Source: Amoebidium appalachense | Lineage: Eukaryota > Protista > Ichthyosporea | Length of the DNA stretch: 64,000 nt | Assembly: GCA_963693365.1 (NCBI GenBank) | Contig: CAVNZM010000002.1 | Span: 4,418,259 to 4,482,258 of the forward strand | Direction of reading: 5' to 3' | Part shown: positions 24,559 to 43,296 of the stretch, piece by piece | Numbering within the stretch: position 1 is the stretch's first letter | Layout of the letters: each line of letters begins with the position of its first letter | The notes under the pieces: generated by a model | Databases searched by the model: none | The model's input: the letters and a program-made list of their open reading frames with translations, nothing else | What the model was told of the DNA's origin: nothing | Program-made: the position numbers and the translations under genes

Positions 24559-25232
24559 ACATGTGCACACATGCACACAACGTAGACACACACACACCGA
24601 TTACCGCTGACACAAATACACACACCCACACCTGTACACATACACACAGACACACACACCGTGCATACATACCCACCACACACATACACAATTGCAAAGA
24701 AAAATACTCAAACACACACAAACACAAACACAACCACCCAACGTGATTTTCTTCCCCCCCCCCCCCCCCCCTCCCCCCGGCAGCCCCCCCCCAAACATTC
24801 GATTTCTGCCTGAGCTTCCCATGTTGCTGCCTCAACTCACTCCCCCCCCCCCCCCCCCCCCCCTCCCCTCCCCTCCCCTCCCCCAGAATTTTTAAATACG
24901 GAGACAAAATGTATACATATAATGTGCATTAATGCACTTCATATTTCCCTTTTATTCCTTCAAGCTTCAAGTGCCAACACCAGGAAGGCCTCTAATAAAC
25001 ACAGGGGTTTTTGAGTATGCATTATAATTTCATTTTGATGCAATATAGGCACAAATAAGCATGCCCTAGTTTACTGATGCGCGATGATTACGATTTTTGG
25101 TGGGCCTGCTCCGACGGAGCATTCCGATTTTCGAAGAGGTTTTCCGAAACGGGATTTCGTCTTCCGTTAATGGGCTCCACCGTCCTTCGAACCCTGGTAG
25201 ATGGCCGTGCTTCTGATCCATAATCTATAGAT
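23124..25232. mobile_element. Short hairpin/MITE-like palindrome split by the hAT insertion
   Basis: 35-bp perfect inverted arms ATCTATAGATTATGGATCAGAAGCACGGCCATCTA (23124-23158) and its reverse complement (25198-25232). Confidence 0.8.
23182..25196. mobile_element. Non-autonomous hAT-type DNA transposon, copy 2 (~2.0 kb)
   Basis: Same 12-bp TIRs as copy 1; 8-bp TSD GTAGATGG at 23174-23181 and 25197-25204. Confidence 0.92.
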
Positions 25233-25692
25233 TCTAACTAGTATGTCACATAGGGTTGTTTGATTGGCTGCGCTGGAAAACGCAGTAGGCCGGGCCCGTC
25301 AAGTGAGGCTGGGGCCGCTGGGCCCCTGACTGCCTGACGATGTCCGCAGCAATACAAAGTGCATAAACCCCCGAAGGCTTTCCCACAAGAACTTAGGCAC
25401 ACAACACGAACTTTTACAGCACAAAGCCCAGGACTATCAGCTACGGTCGCAGCTCTCAAAGCCACTAACTAAACAGCCTCAAATACAACACAGCAGGGCA
25501 GTGTGGGCAGTGAAGGACATGACTGCGGCCGTGTAGGGTCGCAGTTGCTTGCTGCCTGTAGTCGGTCAGTCTCTCCGCCTTGGGCAACCACTTGTGGCGG
25601 AGGCCTGTCACCTTGGCATGCACCCCTCACGGTGGCTCCATAGCGCCCCACACTCTGTGCCGGGGGTGCAGGACAGATAGGGGCAGGCAGGG

Positions 25693-28244
25693 ATGGCAGC
25701 CAAGGAGGTTGCGCTGAGCTCGTTTGGGGCGTACGTGTGCACGCACGTGCAGGGCGCAGGCACTGTGACGCCAGGGAGGCGACGCTACTCGCTGACAGAT
25801 GGCGACCGCACGGCGCAGCTGCTGCAGCTGCTGGAGAATGCAGCGGACTTCTTCTTCTACCGCAAGCGCATACGCTTCTTCCTATGTGCAGAGGAGCTGT
25901 ACCGCCACAGCCGTGCCTTTGCAGCCGCACAGAGAAGGGGCTCGGATACAGTCCATACAGCCTCGTGCCAAGGCGCAGCCGAGAATGACAGGTACGTTCC
26001 ATTGGGGGGAAGGACGGGGGGAGGGGGGGACAGGGAGGGGGGGGGGGGAGGGAAGGGGAGGGTAAGGGCGCATGCCACCGGGGGCTGAGGGGATGGGGCA
26101 GAGGCGAGGAAGGCAACACGTGGGTTGAGTTTGTGGAGCGACTGGCGGCGCTGCTGCAGAGGCTATGGGACAGCTACCTGGGTGCACAGTGGGCCAGGGC
26201 AGACCAGCTGGTGCGCGCAAACAAAATAAGGAAGGACCTGCTGCTGCCTCATACAAAGTAAAGAGGGGGAGGGGGGAGGGAGGGGGGGGGGGGGGGGGGG
26301 GGAGGGGGGATCGCTGCAGATCTGGGGTGCTCATGCTCGTGGGGGCAGGCGAGATGAGGAATGTGACGTGGGGGAGGCGCAAAGGTACTTCATGGAAGGT
26401 GGGTATCGTGTGGCTGGGCAGTTAGAAGGGGATGAGGGTGATCTCTGTATATGTGATATCTGGGCGGAGAAGGGTGGGGGGGGGGGGGGGGGGGGGGGGA
26501 GCTGGAACACACTGACCATGCACAGATGGCCATAGGCAGGCTGCAGGTGTTCGGCCCCTGTATGCAAGTCTTGCACCTTCCCCCTTCCCTGCTTGTGGGC
26601 CTGTGTGTGCACCTGTCTCCTTCTCGTTGTGGGTCGGTGTATGCGTACATGCAGGCTGAGATCGTGTTTGGTGGATGCTGTCTGCCTGCCCTTCTCCGTG
26701 CTGCCTGGTGGCCTGATCCTGTGGAACCCACCTTGCTGACCTTGCATGATCGTCCCCCCCCCCCCCCCCCCCCAACCCCCTCCCCCTGGTATGGCCACAG
26801 TGGTGGAGGGGTGTGTGGAGGAGGTTAGTGATGGCAACGGGGCTGCGTTGACATCTGCTGGCTGCTGTGTGGTGCTGTTCCACATCCATCACTGCCCGCA
26901 CTGTCGAACCATGCGCCCAGCATTCTTTGCTGCTGCACGGGTACGTGGACCCGCCCTGCTGTTGTGCGTGCACCGGGCGAAGGGGAAGGGGGGGAAGGGG
27001 GGCGGGAGGGGAAAATGCACCACCCTGGGTGGTGGGGTGAGTGCTGCTGGCAATGATGGTTGGGGAGGGGTGTGTGTTTTGGGGGGGTGGGGACGGAGGG
27101 AAAGGGTTCGGGGCTGAGAGGGCCACAGGGAACTAGGGGCTGACATGTGGGGCAGGCGCTCAAGGGGCAGGTCAAGTTCTATACGGTCGATGGGCTGCTG
27201 AGCCCCGGCCTGCAGACACACTACCAGGTCAGCAGATACCCCACTGTGCTGCGCTTCAGGTGGGTGTGGGTGGGCGGGTGGGTGGGTGGGTGGGTGGGTG
27301 GGTGTGGGTGGGTGGGTGGGTGGGTGGGTGTGGGTGGGTGGTGTGGGTGCGTGCGTGCGTGGGTGGGTGCGTGGGTGGGTGTGGGCGGGTGGGTGGGTGG
27401 GTGGGTGTGGGGGGAGGGGGGGGGGGGGGGGGGGGGGGGGGATGGGTGGAGGGGTGGCTGTGGGTGGGTGGGCGGGTGTGGGTGTGGGTGGGTGGGTGGG
27501 TGGGTGGGTGGGTGGGTGGGTGGGTGGGTGTGGATGGGTGGGTGGGTGTGGGTGGGTGGTGTGGGTGGGGGAGGGGAAAGGGGAGGGGGAGAGGGTGAAG
27601 CGGTGAGTGTGGGTGGGTGGGTGTGGGTGGGTGGGGGGGAAGGGAGGGGGGGGGGGGGGGGGGGGGGGTGGACTGGTTGGAGGGGTGGCCCTGTGTGGGT
27701 ACACTTGGGTGTGGTTGAATGGGTGGGTGGGTGAGTGGTTGCGTGGGCGAGTGTGGGGGGTATGGGGGTGGGGGGGTGTCTGTGTGTGGTTGTGGGGGGA
27801 TGGAGGAGTAGGAATGGAGATGGGGGTGGGGGTGAGTGTGTGGGGGTTTGTGTGGCGGGGTTGGATGGTTGGGTGGGTGGGTGTGTGGGGGGATGGGTGG
27901 GTGGGTGTGGGGGGGGTGGGTGTGTATTGTTGTGGGGGGGTAGACGGGTGGGGGTGAGAGTGAGGGTAGGTGTGTGGGTGTGTGGGTGTGTGGGTTGGTG
28001 GATTGGTGTGTGTGTGTGTGGGTTGGTGTGTGTGTGTATGAGGGGATTGGGGTGGGGGAGGAGGGTGCAGGTGTGGTTGGGTGGGTGGGTGGGTGTGGGC
28101 GGATCGGTGTGTGGGTGGCTTTAGGTAGGTGGGTGGGTGGCGGTGGGTGGATGGGGGTGAGATTGTGTGTTTATGTGCGGGGGGGAGGGGGAGGATGAAA
28201 AGGGGGGAGGGGAGAGGGGGGTAGGGGGTAGGGCATGTACGAAG

Positions 28245-28319
<75 letters not shown>

Positions 28320-31300
28320 TGTTGGGGTTGGGGGTTGGGGGTTTCTTTTTTTTTTTGGGGGGGGGGGGGGGGGACGACTTCTGATGCGACCAGCAGGGAT
28401 GGCAAGGTGGAGGCGCAGTACCCGAGAGGACTGGCATACACCCTGGACAGCCTGCTGGCATTTGCACGCAGGTGGGTGGGTGTTGGGGGGGTATAAGGTA
28501 TGTGTGTGTGCTTGTGGGTCTGCTTGCTGGTGGGCCTGGGTGGGTTTGAATACGTGGTTAAGGCAAGTTGGGGTAGCCTGTGTGTGTGTATGGAGGCGGG
28601 GAGGGGGGGGGGAGGGCTCGGGGCTTGGTGCATGGGGTCTGAGGATTGTGGTTTCAGTGAGCAGGGCACGGTGGGGGATGGGGATGGGCAGGGCAGCAAG
28701 TTGTGGCAGCTACAGCGCAAGATGTCCCTCAAGGACAGCCTGGTGAAACAGGTAGGTGCACAAGGGGGTGGAAGGGGGGGGGGGGGGGGGGGGGGGGGGG
28801 GGATGTTGCTGACAGGCGATTTCACAGCTGCAGGGCCAGAGAGAGTTCGTGTCACTGGCAGAGAGCATCCGGGCACTGGGTGGGTTGTGTGCCTGCCCCC
28901 CCCCCCCCCCCCCCCCCCCTTCCCCTCCCCTCCGCTCTCTCTCTCCCCCCCCCTCCCCCCCCCCCCCCCCCCCTGCTTGTGTTTGTTGGTCGAAGGTGCT
29001 TGTGTGCTACATATGTGGGTGCCAAATGGCTGCCCCTTGGTGGATGTGTGAGCGAACATATCCCGAATAGTCTTTTCCTGAGGACATGCACCCACCTCAG
29101 CATACGTTGCGTGCAGACGTGAGATGAAATCTGATACTGAGAATTGACTGTTACCCTATTTATGGCTGAATCTGAATAGAGTTATACCGACAGCCAATAT
29201 GAACTATTGCCATGCCTTTGACTGCCCCAATAAAGCCATTCTGAAGGCATGTCCAATCAAAAGCCAGTCCGTAATTGGCTATTCGTTTAAAGGACCGTTG
29301 CGGTCAAGCGAGGGTTTGGCCATTACTGCCTGCCTGCCATACGTGTGTGTGCACCGCCTGCCTGCCTGTCTGCCATGTGTGTGTGTTCACTGCCTGCCTG
29401 CCATGTGTGTGTGTTCACTGCCTGCCTGCCATGTGTGTGGCACTCAGGGGGTTGGGCTGCAGGCTGTGAGGGGGAGGAGGAGTGCCGGGCCATGACCAGA
29501 CCCCATGGACCCGACGATGACCCCCCCACCATCATCTTCATGGGGGGCGGCATGGGGAGTGGTGCGTGGAGGCCACTGCATTGGGGGGGGGGGGGGAGGG
29601 GGGGGGGAGGGAGGACTGACATTTGGGGGAGCAGGCAAGAGCACGGTGGTGGGCAAGCTGACGGGCACTGAGTTCTGGCGTAAACATGGGTCCCAGGTGG
29701 TCATCATCGAGGCAGATGGTAAATACTTGATCCCTGGCAGGGTTAAACAGGGTTAAACATGTAAAACAGGGCTGACACTTGGGCAGCCATGAAGCTCAAG
29801 GACCCGGTGTACCAGGCCCTCAGTCTGGTGGATGAGGAGGCTAGCAGGGACGTGCACGACTACAGTGTCAGGACCGCTGAGGAGCTGTTCCTCAGTGCTA
29901 TCAAGTACAGGAGAGGTAGGTTCCTCGGTCATATCAAGTACAGGCGAGGTGGGTGGGTGGTTCCTCGCTTTTCTTAATACAGGAGAGGTGGGTGGGTTTC
30001 TCAGTGTTATTAAGTAGAGGAGAGGTGGGTGGGTTGGTTCCTCGGTGAATGGTGATAGCAAGTGCAGGTTAGGTGTGTGCAGAGGGGGGAGGGTGAGAGA
30101 GGGTGGGGGGGGGGGGGGGGGGGGGGAGGGGGGGGGGGGGGAGGGGAGGGGGCGGGGAGGTAAAAGGCAGATTTACTAACACACTGTACTCTGCAGACAT
30201 TGTGTTTGACGGCACAATGAGGTAGGCTGTTCCCCTCCTACACTGGGGTCATATAGGCCCCATGATGCTAACATCTAATTGGCCGGCAGCTGGGCGCCGT
30301 TTGTAGCGCAGACAGTGGCCATGGTGCGGGACACAGCAAACACGTACAGGCGGGGCCCAGGGTATGTGGTGCAGGGGGATGGGTCTGTGAGCGAGCAGTA
30401 CTGGGTGCCTGTGGGCCCCTGCAGCCCTGGTGTGCCCTACCGCATTGAGATGGTCGGTGTCACCGTGGACCCGGATGTGGCCGTGCAGAGGGCAATAGTC
30501 CGCCAGGTATGCGGCAACCCCCCCCCCTTCCCCCCCTCCCCCCCCCCCCCAATTCCCCCTCCCCCCTCTCTCCTCGGCTCGCCCACCACCGTTCCGGTCC
30601 CCAAGCCTCAACCCTCTCACCGTTACCTGCCCATGCACCCCATCTCTTCCCAACTGGGCATGCAAACAAAATGCACTGTGCGTACTGGTGAGCATGCAGT
30701 GCAGGTTCTGACGATGGTGCAGGTAGTGACAGGGAGGGGGGTGCCAGTCAAGGCGCAGCTACAGTCACACCAGCTATTCTCCAAACACTTTGACGAATAC
30801 GTGGCACTCTTCGATAAGGTTCCTAAAATACCCTCCCACCCCTCTCTCCCCTCTCCCCCGCGGATCTGAGTTGGGTTTATGATTAGCGCGTGCATGGTGA
30901 AAGGGCTGAAACTCGGATAGGGTGGATGCCTACGGCCCCCGTGAGGATGTTCCCTACTTATGATGCACCCTTGTTATGCGTACCCAGCCAAATCGGCATT
31001 ATGTGTCGATCGTAAATGCGTATTTATTACTGTGTGACGCATTCTTCCCCCCCCCCCCCCCCCACCCACCCCACCCGCGGAGGTGTGTGTGGTGACCGTC
31101 TAACTGGCTGGGCCACAGGTTGCGCTCTATGACAACAGCAGCATGGACACCCTGCTGACGGAGACCCCGGCCCAGCCCCAGCTGATAGCAAGGTGACGTG
31201 GCTGCCTGGGTGCACTGGGCACATATAAGACCATGCAACTGCGCACACACACACTCACTCACTCACCAGCAAAGCATACACACATGATGTGGCCATATGC

Positions 31301-31572
31301 ACACTTGTGCATGGTTGATCACTTTACCCATGGGTGCGGCCCCATCCGCCCACCCACCCACCCACCCACCCACCAACCATCCGCCAACCCATAGATGCTA
31401 TATCCTACCAACCTACCCACCGCACCCCACTCCAATTCACAAGCATGGTAGGCCATGTGCTCACTATCACGTGTGGGCCCACAGCAAGGATGTGGGGGGG
31501 CTGCTGCTGGTGCATCCCCCCTCCTATGCGCGGTTCATGAGCAAGGTGGGTGCCCGCACAGGTATGGGTGCT

Positions 31573-31612
<40 letters not shown>

Positions 31613-31768
31613 GACGTGCTGACATGTCTTCAGGCCACACTCAATGTGGATGCGTCCAACCGGCTGGAGCTGCAATGGGGCACAGAGACACAGCAACAGG
31701 CCCAACAGAAAGAGGAGACGGCAAAATTGGGCCGATGGCTGTGGGCCCAGCTGCTAGAGCCAACGTGA
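25693..31768 (+). CDS. Zeta-toxin-fold P-loop kinase homologous to plant Ca2+/calmodulin-dependent NAD kinase (NADKc), with an internal thioredoxin domain
   Basis: Spliced kinase domain PTIIFMGGGMGSGKSTVV..FW..VVIIEADAMK..D.VYQAL..VHDYS..RRDIVFDGTMSWAPFVAQTVAMVR..YRRGPGY..EQYW..PYRIEMVGV..AVQRAIVR..RGVPVKAQLQSHQLFSKHF..LYDN..LLVHP..LN. Thioredoxin exons at 26801-28472: VVLFHIHHCPHCRTMRPAF / VKFYTVDG..YQVSRYPTVLRFR / DGKVEAQY. Confidence 0.85.
29888..30045 (+). repeat. Decaying tandem duplication (~4 units) of an exon end plus 5' splice site
   Basis: TTCCTCAGTGCTATCAAGTACAGGAGAG|GT repeated with increasing divergence. Confidence 0.8.
30864..31046 (+). mobile_element. Poly-C-associated interspersed element, copy F (intron of the NADKc-like gene)
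   Basis: ATCTGAGTTGGGTTT..GGTGAA..GAAACT..GTGGATG..GGCCCCCGTGAGGATG..CTTATGATGCA..GACGCATTC-(C)n is colinear with the reverse complement of 3793-3971. Confidence 0.7.
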
Positions 31769-32151
31769 CATGGAACCAATCACAGCAAAGCATGGCATGA
31801 ATGGACGTATTTAGCACCACGGCACACTTTATTAGCCGGTGTGGTGGCAGGTTAGTTCCACATGGTCAGAACCAGTGGCTCAAAAAGACAAAAAAAAACT
31901 ATCTCTTTTTTAAACCCATGTATACATGTGCGATACATGCCATCATCTCCATACATGAAAATACGTGTCAATACATGCATCTATTTGCCAATACATGCAT
32001 ATGTATGTCAATGTATGCATCTACTTGCCAATACATGGATATATTAAAAACTCTCAAAAGATCCAAGTATTTGCCAATACATGCATACGTCTCGTCAATA
32101 AATACAAGCATGTGCCAACACATGCATTTTAATGCACGTATTCTAGCCCGG

Positions 32152-37991
<5,840 letters not shown>

Positions 37992-38530
37992 AGTGTCTGC
38001 GTGCTGCGTGAAGAGAGGAAACTGAGGCGAATTCACAGCGAAACTTTGATAGCTAAGGCACATGGGCTGCCTGAATGATGAATGATGGGCATACATCTGT
38101 GGTGCTGAACGAACCAATCAGAAATCAACACCAAGTAATCGAATCCAAATATTCAAACTATAACCATATGCAGAAGCATGGTTAACTCTCAGCCAATAGA
38201 ATGCTGTGTCTTGCGCAAGGCAGCTGCCTCTGTGAGCCACCTTGAGAAACCGACCAAGCCCGGCGTCTTTACAACGGCCTCCTGATTTCCGGCCCTGCAG
38301 GCTACAGCTGAACACTCGCCGTTTACCGAGACGCCTGTGTAGTCTAACCACACACGTTCACACACACATATTCACGCACACATAAGGGGGAGCAGTGATA
38401 GTCAATTGTAGCGGAAGCTCAACATCAGGCTTTGTGCGGGGCACACTGCCCAGCCAAGCGCACCCTAGCAGCCAACCGTTGCACGCAAGGACGCCGGCTC
38501 TATCCGTTCCCCAGCCTTCAGGACGCAGCC

Positions 38531-41500
38531 ATGCAGCTAGGCCTGGACACAGACGGCCTGACCGAGGGCCTTAGCGAGCCACTGCAGCCGCTGCTGCTGA
38601 CGGCCTGGGAGTCGCGCTGGGAGCCTGTGCGCTGGGGCCTGGCCGTGCAGAGTGTGTTGCCAAAGGGCACCGTGGGGTCTCCCCAGCTGGCAGGTGAGCA
38701 AGTTGGGGAAGATGGGAGGGGTTGTGGTTCCAGGGTTTGGTTTGGGGAGGTGGTGGGTGAATGGGTACGTGCTTGACCGGGCTAGGAGCAGCCAGTTTCA
38801 GCTACTGGTAGGCTGGGTGAAAGGCATACAGTACAGCTGCTTGTAGAGCTCCTGGGCACCTTTGGTGGCCACCAAAGGCTGGGTTTGATGCAGGGGGCAC
38901 TGGGGGTGGCCTCCCATACGCACACACAGGGTAGCGCACGCCTGCAGACTAGTGTGTGTAAATAGAAGCGGGAGGGGTGGGGGGTGGGGGGGGTGGGGGG
39001 GGGACAAATGGGCGAGGCTGGAGCGATGAGAAAGCCTGTGTTCACAAGAGGGCAAGGATGAAGCCGACGGTAACAATTAAAAAAGAATTCCTGTGATTCG
39101 TTCGTTTTCTCGTTCACGCGTTGTGTGCGGAAGCTCCCTTACGACATCATTGGTGCATCTTTCACTGTTTGAGGCTGTGTGAGCTTGTTCTTGTGTCAAC
39201 GCAACTCTGGGTTGTGGGGGGCCAGGGTTATGGAAAGAAGGCACCAAAGGCCTGTTGATATCACTGTTTGTTATGGATGAGACTGGCTCTACCTCTGCTT
39301 GCACCTGCACCTGTGTTTATTTGCACTGGTCGAGCCCTCGCGCGCCGGTACCTGCCGCTTCTCTTTTTCGCTTGCTTCTCTTTGACCTCTCTTTAGCCAT
39401 GGCTCATAATCCCTTCCAGCACTTCTACAGGAGGAGCTCCTATCGTCCCCTCAGCCCAGCAGGCGGCTAGTCAGCTATGTGGAGCACGCCCTGGGCACCC
39501 GCCTGGTGCTGCCCCTGCAGCTGCTGCCCTCCACCCTCTCTGCCCTGCACTCTGCCCCCCCCTCGTGCCTGGCCACCCTGCTGCCCCTGCTCTCTGCCTT
39601 TGTGCCCCAGCTGGCGGCCCACCCCAGCCCAGGGCAGCAGGGTGCCGAGTGGCCAAGCCAGGTGTGTCAGGCCACCCTGCAGGTCTACTCTCTGCTACTG
39701 GGGCTGGCCCTGCGCTCGGCTCGGGCCCTGGAGGAGGGCAGTGGCGGTGCAGACCACGTGCGCTGTGGCGAGGGCTGTGTGGGCCTGGCTGCCGCCATGC
39801 TGGCTGCTGGCTGCCAGCCCACCCTGCTGCACCTGGCGGCCAGCCAGTGGCCCGGTATGTGGCCCCAGCGGGGGGTGGGAAGGGGTGGTGGTGGGGTGGG
39901 GGGAGCGGTTCATGAGGGCTTAGCTGGTGGTGGTGTGTGTGTGTGGGGGGGGGGGGGGTTATGTGGGCCTGGAGGAGGGGGGAGGATGTGGGCCTTGGGG
40001 GAAGGGGGGGGATGTGGGCCCAGGGGGGTGGGGAGGCAGGGGGAGGGGGGGGGGGGCAGGGGGGGGAGCTGATGTGAGACCCATCGGGGATGGGGGGGGG
40101 GGGGGGGGGGGGGCATGTGGCGCTAGGGGATGCAGAAGGGGAGTAGAAAGGCTGAGGGAGTGAGTGCAGAGCTGCATGCAGAGGCCGAGGGGACACTGGA
40201 GGCACTGCAGGGCTACCACTGGGACGGCCTGGGCAGAAAGAGGCCCCACGGGGCAACACTGGACATCACCACCCTCACGGCACGGGCACGCCAGGTCTTT
40301 GGCTACCCACACAGGTACGTGTGGGGAGGGGGAAGGGGGGTGGTGGTGGTGGTGGTGGGGGGGGGGGGGGGGGGGGGCAAGCTTGGGTGGGCCACTATGA
40401 TGTGCAGGGCCTCGGCTGATGGGGGGTTGCAGGTACCGGCCACCGGGCTACGACTTTGTGCACCACGAACTGCAGTGTCACAGTGTGTTCTTTCCAAAAA
40501 AGGACGGCACATATGGTAGGCATGGAGAGGAGGGGGGGGGAGGGGGGGAAGTGCAGGGACTGAATGGTGGGTGCAGACTATGGGGAGGGGGGCTGGAGGC
40601 CCGAGGGAGAATTCACCCTGACAGTGGACTTCTGGACCTACGACCAGGTACTCACGGACCCTGAAAGGGGGGGGGAGGGGGGGGGGAATGCAGGGGCTGA
40701 CAGGGGGTTGCAGGTGCTGCACCGCACATTTGACAATCTGCAAGGTGTGGCCCAGCACTGGTATGCCCTGGGCCTGGCCGAGGTGTGTGTCTGTGTGTGT
40801 GTGTGTGGTGGGGGGGGGGGGGGGGGGGGAGGGGGAGGGAGGGGGGGGGGGGGAGGAGGTAGTGTAAGGTGTGCTGAGTGACTGTGCTGCAGAGGCTCAG
40901 GCCCAGCACGGTGCTGTGGGGCATGGTGGGGGCACTGCTGCGGGCCATGGCCGAGGCACCGCACATGCACAGCCGCTGGGCAGATGCCCTGCTGCTCAGG
41001 GTGCCACTGCTGCTGGCCAATCTCGAGCAAACATGGCTGGCTGATGCGGCGCTGGACTATGTGCCCGGCCAGGTAGGCCTTGTGAGGTGGGCAGGGAGGG
41101 GGGCATACGGACAGCACGCTGACGGCATGGGCTGGCAGGTGGCACGGGACAGCTTGCAACGGTTGGGGTCATCCCCGGGGCTTTGGATGGCCGCACAGGC
41201 AGCACAGCCAGACGCATGGAGGTGGGTTGCTGTGACGGGCCCTGCCATGCTCACTGTGTGCATCACTGGCACTGGCCGCTGCTGCCCATGCTCACTGTGT
41301 GTGGTGCAGACCGAACCTGCTGTGCTGCCTTGCCTCTGCCCTTGCCAGCCACAACCTGGTTGCTGCATCCAGCCTGCCCGAGCTGCTTGGCACCCACATG
41401 CCACCACAATGGGCCGCGGTAGGTGGCAGGCCCATGTGCCCTATGTGTTGTTAGGCTGTTAGTGGGTGCTGACTGGGTGGGCTGGCCAGGAGGGGGAGGG

Positions 41501-42186
41501 GGGCCAACAGATGGCGAGGCCGCGGCACTGCTTGCAGACAGCCAGGGCCTGGCTCAGTTGCTGAGGCATGACCTGTGGCCAATAGCAAGCAGGCACCGTC
41601 TCTGCCGTATGCTGCTGCACGGCAAGGTGTGTGATCCCTGGGTGCCTGGGGTGGACTTTTTTTTTGGGGGGGGGGGGGAGGCTGACAGGTGTGCAGGAGG
41701 CGGATGATGTGTGGGGGGGCCAGCAAGTAGATGGTCTGGTGGAGAGACTGGGCCAGGCCTGGCTGGTGGCTGCCATGTTTGCATGCGGCATGGCCGGTGA
41801 CCTGAAGGCTAGGCTGCTGGCCCTACTGCAGGGTACGGCCACAGGGCAGGGGGCGGCGGGGGGGGGGGGGGGGGGGGGGGGGTTGCTAAGGGTTATGATT
41901 GGCAGGGGGCCAGCACGACGGGGCATACGTTCTGCTCTATGTGCTGCAGGGAGAGGCTGAGGGGGTCCAACTGGCCGAGGTGTGTTGAGAGTTGTTGGGT
42001 ACCGGAAGGGGGGGGGGGGGGGGGGGGGGGGGGAGGGGGAATCTGGTGGGGCTGGCAGCTGACGCTGTACCTGGTCAGGGCGTGGGGCCAGGGCAAGCAC
42101 CTGCCTGGCTGCAGCAGTGGCTGCACAGCGCCGTAGCACCAACGGGGATGGACCCGGAGGTGTGTGGAGTGTGTGTGTGTGTGTGT

Positions 42187-42220
<34 letters not shown>

Positions 42221-42834
42221 AAGAAGGTACATGGGTTGGTATTGCTGTCGGAGACGGGTGTTGTTGGATTGCTGAAGGTAGTGGCAGGTGGTGGAGTTGG
42301 CCCGGCTGCTGGGCAACCCCCACACAGACACGGCACAGCTGGTCAGGTGCGCACAGGGCCAGCAAACAAGCGGGGGGGAAAGGGGGGAGGGGAGGCTGAG
42401 GGGTTATGGCAGGGAGACCGGGCTGGGGCGGCTGGTTGTGTTTGGGGCATCGCTGGGCAAGTTGTGTCTGCGCCAGGCCCAGCACCTGCTGGTGCACACC
42501 CAGGACTACCGGCCGGCCCTGCAGCCACTGCTGGCCCTGCTGACCGTGTCACTGGCTGCCTTCCTCACGGCATGCAGGTGGCTGGCCCAGGAGACCGCCG
42601 TGGCCAGGGAGATGGGTGGCAGCAGCCCCTGGCCCCGCCACACATGGAGGTGAGCACTGGTTGGCATGCAGCCACACCACTGTAGGGCAGGGGCTGAGGG
42701 TGAGGGTGCAGGCACGAGGACTACAGCGCTGAGCTGCCACTGCCCCAGGCGGCCCTGGTGGATGTGCTGCTGCTGGCTGCAGAAGGGTGGGTGGGGCTGG
42801 GTGTGTGTCCGTGTTGTGGGTGTGTGGTGGTGGT

Positions 42835-42882
<48 letters not shown>

Positions 42883-43261
42883 CAGATGCTTACGGGGCAT
42901 GGAGCAGGGAGCACTGGGCTCGACTGCAAGGGCTGCTGGGCTACCACATTGGGCCTGTGCTGTTGCCCCAAGCTGAGCCCCCGGCACCCTGGCTGGCCCT
43001 GCTGCCTGCAGCCCCCCGTACGTGCGTGCCTGCGCCCTGTGCCTGCCCCTGGTACCACTGCTGACGGGGGTTGCAGGCTGTGGGTCGGATGATCACGTGA
43101 CGGGGGAGCGGTTTAGGGAGCTGGTGCATGGGGCCATATGTGAGCGCAGCATGGGGGTGGCCACTGCTGCAGACCTGGACCGGGCTGTGCGCACTGGGCC
43201 GGCAGACTGGCTGGCTGCTGTGCTATTGCAGGTACAGCCAGCCGGGCATGCCGGGGGGGGA

Positions 43262-43296
<35 letters not shown>

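Noticed and set aside
29118-29180. Box C/D snoRNA candidate (ATGA..CTGA) in an intron
   Set aside because: No canonical RTGATGA box, terminal stem or clear rRNA antisense element
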